Positions 58,211-64,000 of a DNA stretch of 64,000 nt are shown piece after piece. The stretch is taken from contig BDGG01000007.1 in the NCBI GenBank assembly GCA_001949185.1, positions 817,971-881,970 on the forward strand, written 5' to 3'. This DNA comes from Ramazzottius varieornatus (lineage: Eukaryota > Animalia > Tardigrada). Both the position numbers and the translations under genes were made by a program. The notes beneath the pieces were generated by a model, which was given only the letters and a program-made list of their open reading frames with translations, searched no databases and was not told the origin of the DNA. Within the stretch, counting starts at the first letter, position 1. Every line of letters starts with the position of its first letter.

Positions 58211-59789
58211 GAAAGCTAGTGGATAAATAACAGACTGTAGGCGCAACTGCTCACGTCGATGTAACTAGAGAGGTTGACACGGAACTCGAACAGCGCAAGA
58301 AATCCGAGTAGCGTAAGACTTTGACCCCTCCCATTCCTTACTCTAATCGGCTGAGGTTGAGACCCGCTACGCGATCCAGCCGATTAGCGTGACTTCTCCG
58401 GAAGGTTTTGCAAAACCTCGATCAGTTTTCGTATTAATGACTGTTTGGTAAGATGCGATGTCAAATCAGACAAAGTTTCCAGTTCTGATACAGCAACGGA
58501 AAGAGTGATGTCCAGTTCCGACTGCTTAAAGCTCAAGTGAATCTTGATACGAAAAGCAGCAGTTAAAGGCAAAGTAAAATGCAGAAAGTGGCAAAGCCAA
58601 AGTTAGAGACACAGTTCTTATTGTGGCGAAAGTCACAGTTGAAGTTGCAGTCTCATCGAAGTTTCGAAACCGCAGTTACACCCACAGTCAAACTGAGATT
58701 TTCGTTGTTTTCTAGGTTGACAAAGTCACAGTCAAGCAAGCAGTCGTTGCTACAGTTTGACGACTAATTAATAACCGACGTTAAACCCTGAAAGATGCAG
58801 TAAGAGGGGCAATTTGCACCTCGGTGGAACGTCTTGAAAGCAAATCTGAGGTTCTGAGAAACTTTTGGGAAGAAATACCCACAGAAAAGCTCAGTTGGAC
58901 CGTTACTCGGATTTCTTACGCACTCGAGTAACGGCCCGTATGCCTTACTCGGGAATTAAGCACCGAGCACATTAGTAGGTTCAGTCGCTTCGGCTCCGCC
59001 CACGTGCTCCCTTTCAATTGGCTCATTCCTACGCTAATCCGATTTCTTGCTCTGCTCGAGCGCCATATCAACCTCTGGAATGTGCTGTAAAACGAGCGAA
59101 AATCAGAAAAGCGCCCCTGCTGTAGAAATCTCTCTGCTAGAGGGGATTTTACCACGTGATACCTCATTTTTTTTCCTACTGCTCGTATTCGTAAACCGTC
59201 CCCGTGGGTCGGAGGGCTTCGCCCTACGATCACCCGGGGCAGATTTCCCGTACTTACAGGTACTGATGTGCACCGCTTCGTATCGCACACTGCTTCGTGT
59301 CCCTGATGTCCGTTCGAGGTGCAAGGCGCAGTATTCATATGGCTGTGTATCAATGTTCCCCGAGCTACTTTGCGACAGACATGATTCAGAACTTCAGTTC
59401 TTGTGGACGTAAGCCCAAAACAGATACGGATCAGAATTAAGAAACGATCAACGGCTGCTCCAACGCGCATTTGACCATGATGTTTAGAGAGCAAATTCAG
59501 TTCCCGCTACTCCAGGTAAGACAGTATTAGTCGGCAACCAGGTAACATCAGGCAGACGAGAGCGTTCACCCCAAACATGCAGAGGTACGAAAGTAGTCGG
59601 CACGAAAAGTAGACACAAGTGAAAAGGAACTGAGTTTTCGATTCCAACACCGCTCCGTCACCTAAAATGAGCACCCGCACCGTAAAATCCCGATAGCGGA
59701 CACTCGTACTCAATGGACGGATCCGCTGGCAGCCAGTACGTCCTTGCCCGCCACTTCTAGATTTGTAACGTTAGCAAATGATTCCACCC

Positions 59790-59865
59790 AGATTTGCTAT
59801 CCGAAGTGGCGCGCGTTCTCAGTCTCATTGGCTTGGAGCGTGCGTTGCTTTGGATTACGATCTGG
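59790..59865. repeat. Family A monomer (degenerate, intergenic or 3' flank)
   Basis: AAGTGGCGC(59806)-29-GCGTTGCTT. Confidence 0.6.
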
Positions 59866-59971
59866 CTAAATTCATTTACCCACATCTCATTTAATAAACA
59901 CAAAACAGTAGGTTCAGCTGGTTTGCGAGGAAGTACACTAAGCGCTGAGGTAACTATAGGTAAAGGTCATG

Positions 59972-60525
59972 TTATTTGGTTGATAGTTTATTCAGTTCCA
60001 GGAAAATATCCTCGTCCACCCAAGTCGCTTCCTCTTCCGTTTCTCCTTGCCATTTAATCAAGTATTGTCGCTTTGTGCGAACATCCACAATTCTCTCGAT
60101 CTCTGGGGTCGATTCTTCCACTGCGGCGTTCGGCTGTCCGGACGATGTTTCTGTGGTTGATTCCACAGTCGGTTCTTCGGGTTCGCCATCAGTCCACTCT
60201 TTCTCGGAGTTGACTTCCTCATTTCGGTTTGCCGTAGCTAATTTAGCAGTTGATTGTACCAACCTTGAGCACTATTGCAATTAATGCATCCGCTCTGATA
60301 CCATGGATCGAAACAGCTGACAGGAACAGCAACGACTTACAAGTTTCGTTCCTTGAGAGTTTTTGACACACTCCTGCAGCTCACATTACGCACCTTAGCT
60401 GCAGCTTTGATAGTCATATTGTTCTGCGTCGTGCAGCCACTAGTCGCCCTAGATTGCCCACAGTTCAGCAGAATAATTCCCCGCGCCAAAAGAAGACGGA
60501 ATTCAGTACTCGTAGCCCTACTCTA
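59972..60525 (-). CDS. HTH-like plus chromodomain protein, paralogue 2 (5' end uncertain)
   Basis: MTIKAAAKVRNVS..TLK exon, intron 60340-60264, then EIERIVDVRTKRQYLIKWQGETEEEATWVDEDIF. Confidence 0.65.
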
Positions 60526-60917
60526 TTGTTCCTCCATAAGAGAGAGATGCATTGAGAGAATGCATTCATCGGCTGGAAAACACTCGTCAAGGGGTGGACA
60601 CTGGACAACAGCTTTCGTGTACAAAGCAAATTCTGCTGGAACCGAGACCAAGTTGACCAAATTTTGGTTCAGACAAGACTGAGAAAACTATGTATCTTGT
60701 TTCGTTTGACGTACAAAATGTAAGACAAGATTGCGAAACCATTGAATAAAACATATAATAAAATATAGCCAATAAATTACACATTAGGACAATCTGCAGG
60801 AAATGCTTGACTTGAGGTTTACAAAACAATTTCTTTCACGACAGACTGCGCGAATCAAATCACATTTCATCAAAGGACGGCGAGGCCTGAATCAAAGACT
60901 CAAAGCTCAACATCTTC

Positions 60918-63900
60918 TCACAATCTGGCCGAATTCTCTTCACTCCCATGATGCGAACTTCTCAGCGGGTGATCCAAAGCCGGCTCGATGGGCACAATCT
61001 CCCTCATCTGAGGCCTTGGGCCTTTCGTCACGTAATCGTACTGTGGAACAGGCTGCACCTTCAGCTGGTTCTTGCCTTTCTTGTCAAACGTCCCTTTGAC
61101 CTTCTTCTCGTTGGCTTCGTTCTCTTTGATGAAGGCCGTGTTGGAGTATCCACTCATCTCCCAGCTATCCTCGTTGTCTTCGTAGTACGGGACGTAAGCG
61201 TGTGATCGAACTGTGGCAGTTGAGCTGGGTGGTGGGTAATCTACGGTGTAGAGAGCCAGTGAACTGTCGCGTGGAAGAGTGTTGAGCGTCGTCAAGGTTT
61301 TGACGGGCACCGCCGGAGCAGAACCGTGGTTGCGCACTCGGACGCATATCATCCAGATGAGAAGGATGAGCAGTATGAGGAAGAGGACTGTGCCAGCGAT
61401 GCCCCCTGCAACAACAACATTCGATAACTTTGAAAGGCAATTGAGTGCGTCGGTTGATGCCTTACCGGCAATGTAGGCTGTTTCCGATTTGGATTGGCAC
61501 CGTTCGCCGTAGAAGGAGGAGAGGCACTCGCAGAAGGGGTTGCCACGAGCGTCTTTGGAGCACTTGCCTTGGTTGAAGCAGTAGCCGACGCACATGTCTT
61601 CGCACTGCTCCATACCGTCACCCCGGAAGCCGCTCTTACACAGGCACTTGAAGCCATCGCCATTCTTCAGGCACTGGGCGTTTTGATGGCAGACAATCTC
61701 GCCATTCTTGCACTTGTTAGTCGATACACACCTGCAAGGACAAGTCCACCTTTTTGTCCAGTCAAAAAATTACTGTCTATTCACTTGTCCCAAACAACGA
61801 ACGATCGGTAGAATAATTTGAAATCAGTCAATTTATTTTTCAAGAACTTGTGTATCTTATACCTACACCAATGAACTCAGCCAAACACCTTTATACAATT
61901 TTCTGTATCGCGATACAGTCAGCGAAATGCTGAAAATTTCACACAGGCCAGATAATATACAGGCTTCGCCCGACAAGATATTTTAGACTTACTGGTCGAG
62001 ACTGAGAGCTCCATAGCGAACGGTCGTCATATCATCCGGACAAGGAATGCAGTTCTTCTGTTCGGCGTTCGGTTGATAGAACCCGAACGGGCAAATGACG
62101 CAGACATTACCACCCTCGTCGAAGAACGACCCGGCCGCGCACGACGGAACGCTGCACTCCGTGGCCGCCATACTCCGGTTCCCCATGGTCGTGAAGCCCT
62201 TCGGACAAGGGAGGCAGCTTGGACCCATCCCTCGTGACCTATCAAGAAAACTGATCGTTGAACGAACTGTTAGCTAACTATTAGCTCTAGAGGAGAAACC
62301 GTACCTGTAATTTCCTCGTTGGCACGTTCGGCAGACAAACTGCGGCATCAGTTCCTCCCCATCGTCACAGTCGGCAATACAGCTGCTCGGACTGAGCGAC
62401 GTCTCATTTGTGGTAGTCATGTGTGGTGGACAGTGCAGACATTCGAACTGCCCTGCCAGCGGTTGATACAGCCCGAATCCGCACGGACGACATTTGGACT
62501 TGGACAGGTCAAAGTAGTTTCCAGCGGAGCAGACTTCCTTGCAGTCGGAAGGGGAAGTCGAACCGGTCGTTAGCGTGATGGCATGCTTCTTGTTGACTGC
62601 AGAGCAGATCTTGCAACTGGACTGAGCGCTTCCTTCCTGATAGTAACCTGCAAAGTCCGCATTAGGGTCAGAATGTACACTTCAGATAGAAAACCTGGTA
62701 CTGTGACATTGCTCATACGGTGGTGGTCACTTGGTTTCTATCGGGATGTCTCATATTTTCAAGTTTGAGTTGGCCTACTTCGTGAAAATTGGAATAATCA
62801 CGTTTCGAAATTTGATTGGTACCTTGAGGACATCGTTGACAGGCCACGCCGTTATGGAACGTCCCAGCCGGACAAGGAGCACATCCGCGGTCTTTCAGGA
62901 CGTTTCCACTGGGGCAGACGAAGCTCTCCCCAACCTTGATATCGCTGTGCTTCGCAATTGCATTCGGTAACTGCGTGTCGAAGTTCAAACCTTTGCTGAC
63001 GTAGGCGAAGGTATCCAGAATATTCTTTACACTGGCTTCCTGCTTGGTGGCGGCGTTCCTCACTGGATCGTTCACAGCGGGGAAAGTCAGGTTGAAGATG
63101 ACGCCAAACGGCTCGACAGCCTGTCTTCTCCTTCTGGCGTTCGCTTGATTGTTTGAATTGTTGAATGTCATTTGTAAAGGCATTGGAGTCGTCGTACCGA
63201 ACTGAGCGGAATCTGATGCTGCAATGGTGATTTCAGCTGTTGTTTCGGTCACTAGTGGTTGCTTAAGCGATGGACTGGACTCCGAGGAAGACGTCAGGCA
63301 TCTGGACACGATGTTCAGCCCCGGACAATTTGTCGCCAAGCATGTCAACCAGTCCAACTGCAACTCCAGGAATTTCCTCTGAATGGCGCTACTCAAGAAC
63401 TGTCTCGTCTGGTCATTACAGGCGATGTTGGGGTACGATGCAGACAGACTGAACATTCTCTGCGGCTGAACCACGGCTACACACGCAGGTACCTTCATCA
63501 GCGTCGAGTTGAAGGAAGGGTGCCACAGTCCGTCCGCTTCACATGTATACACTCTGGGCGCGTCTTCGGCAAAGTCGTACATGGGGTTACAGCTAGCCAA
63601 ACACCGTCGGTACAGGTTGTCCGGACCGTAGTCGGAACAGTCCAACGTACCGCTGACGGGCGGCTCCAGATCGCCACAAGGCTGACCATGGACGTACAAG
63701 TCAAAGTGACACATTACGCCACCAGCTTGTACAATCGATACTGGGTACCGACCGGGTGACAGGGGACGACCGTTGGGGACATTGGTCATCAACGAGCCGG
63801 AAGACTCACTCAACAACCGTTTACCCCAGGTGACGTTGGCGTAGCCCTGTACAGCCAAGTATTGCTTACTGATTGGGCACTTCAACGGACTGGTCGCAGC

Positions 63901-64000
63901 GTCGTCATCCGTGCGTGCTCGAGCGTCGTCCATTGGTCGTTGACATTTGGAAGGCCGGACAAAATCCACTTTGGCGTTGTGGGACATGTCAACATCGATG
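60918..64000 (-). CDS. uif: Uninflatable-like large EGF/CCP/HYR/GCC2-GCC3 type I membrane protein, 3' part
   Basis: CCP module; CPxGxY/F (GCC2/3) repeats; two EGFs; TM AYIAGGIAGTVLFLILLILLIWMICVR and tail YYEDNEDSWEM, which resemble arthropod Uif as I recall it. Confidence 0.8.

Noticed and set aside
58916-59494. 192-aa ORF as a gene
   Set aside because: Non-ATG start, no domain or compositional signal, and no convincing splice context.
1-64000. Bacterial origin or horizontally transferred genes; tRNA or rRNA genes
   Set aside because: All recognisable genes belong to metazoan families and almost all have spliceosomal introns; no RNA-gene signatures were seen by eye.

Overview
Gene-dense, intron-rich animal genomic DNA with short GT-AG introns. 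Its architecture and gene families are compatible with a tardigrade, but that is inference only. Genes in order: a disordered protein with a possible C-terminal BEN domain (+); an internally deleted ABCB/P-glycoprotein pseudogene (+); a six-CTLD mannose-receptor-like type I membrane protein (-); a cyclase-less natriuretic-peptide-receptor-like gene (-) with a decayed LINE in one intron (7-bp TSD, (CCTAAA)3 tail); a secreted Thr/Cys-rich protein; a multi-pass membrane protein with a very basic G/S/R/K tail; a divergent eIF4E; a complete alpha-spectrin (+) with a nested antisense mucin-like gene; a protein built from three transposase-N-terminus-like Cys repeats (-); an M1 aminopeptidase with GATED in place of GAMEN; an SLC16 remnant; an SLC22-like transporter; a disrupted chitin-binding gene; two HTH+chromodomain paralogues; and the 3' end of uninflatable. 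The most unusual signal is non-coding. Two families of short inverted repeats hold a near-fixed distance between arms: A, GTGGCGC-N(26-31, mostly 28-29)-GCGCCAC, about 19 units; B, CCTGCATAC-N30-GTATGCAGG, about 10 units. They occur as 1-3-unit arrays in most long introns of alpha-spectrin, and A also occurs in neighbouring genes. I saw no intron carrying both. All coordinates and splice models were read by eye.
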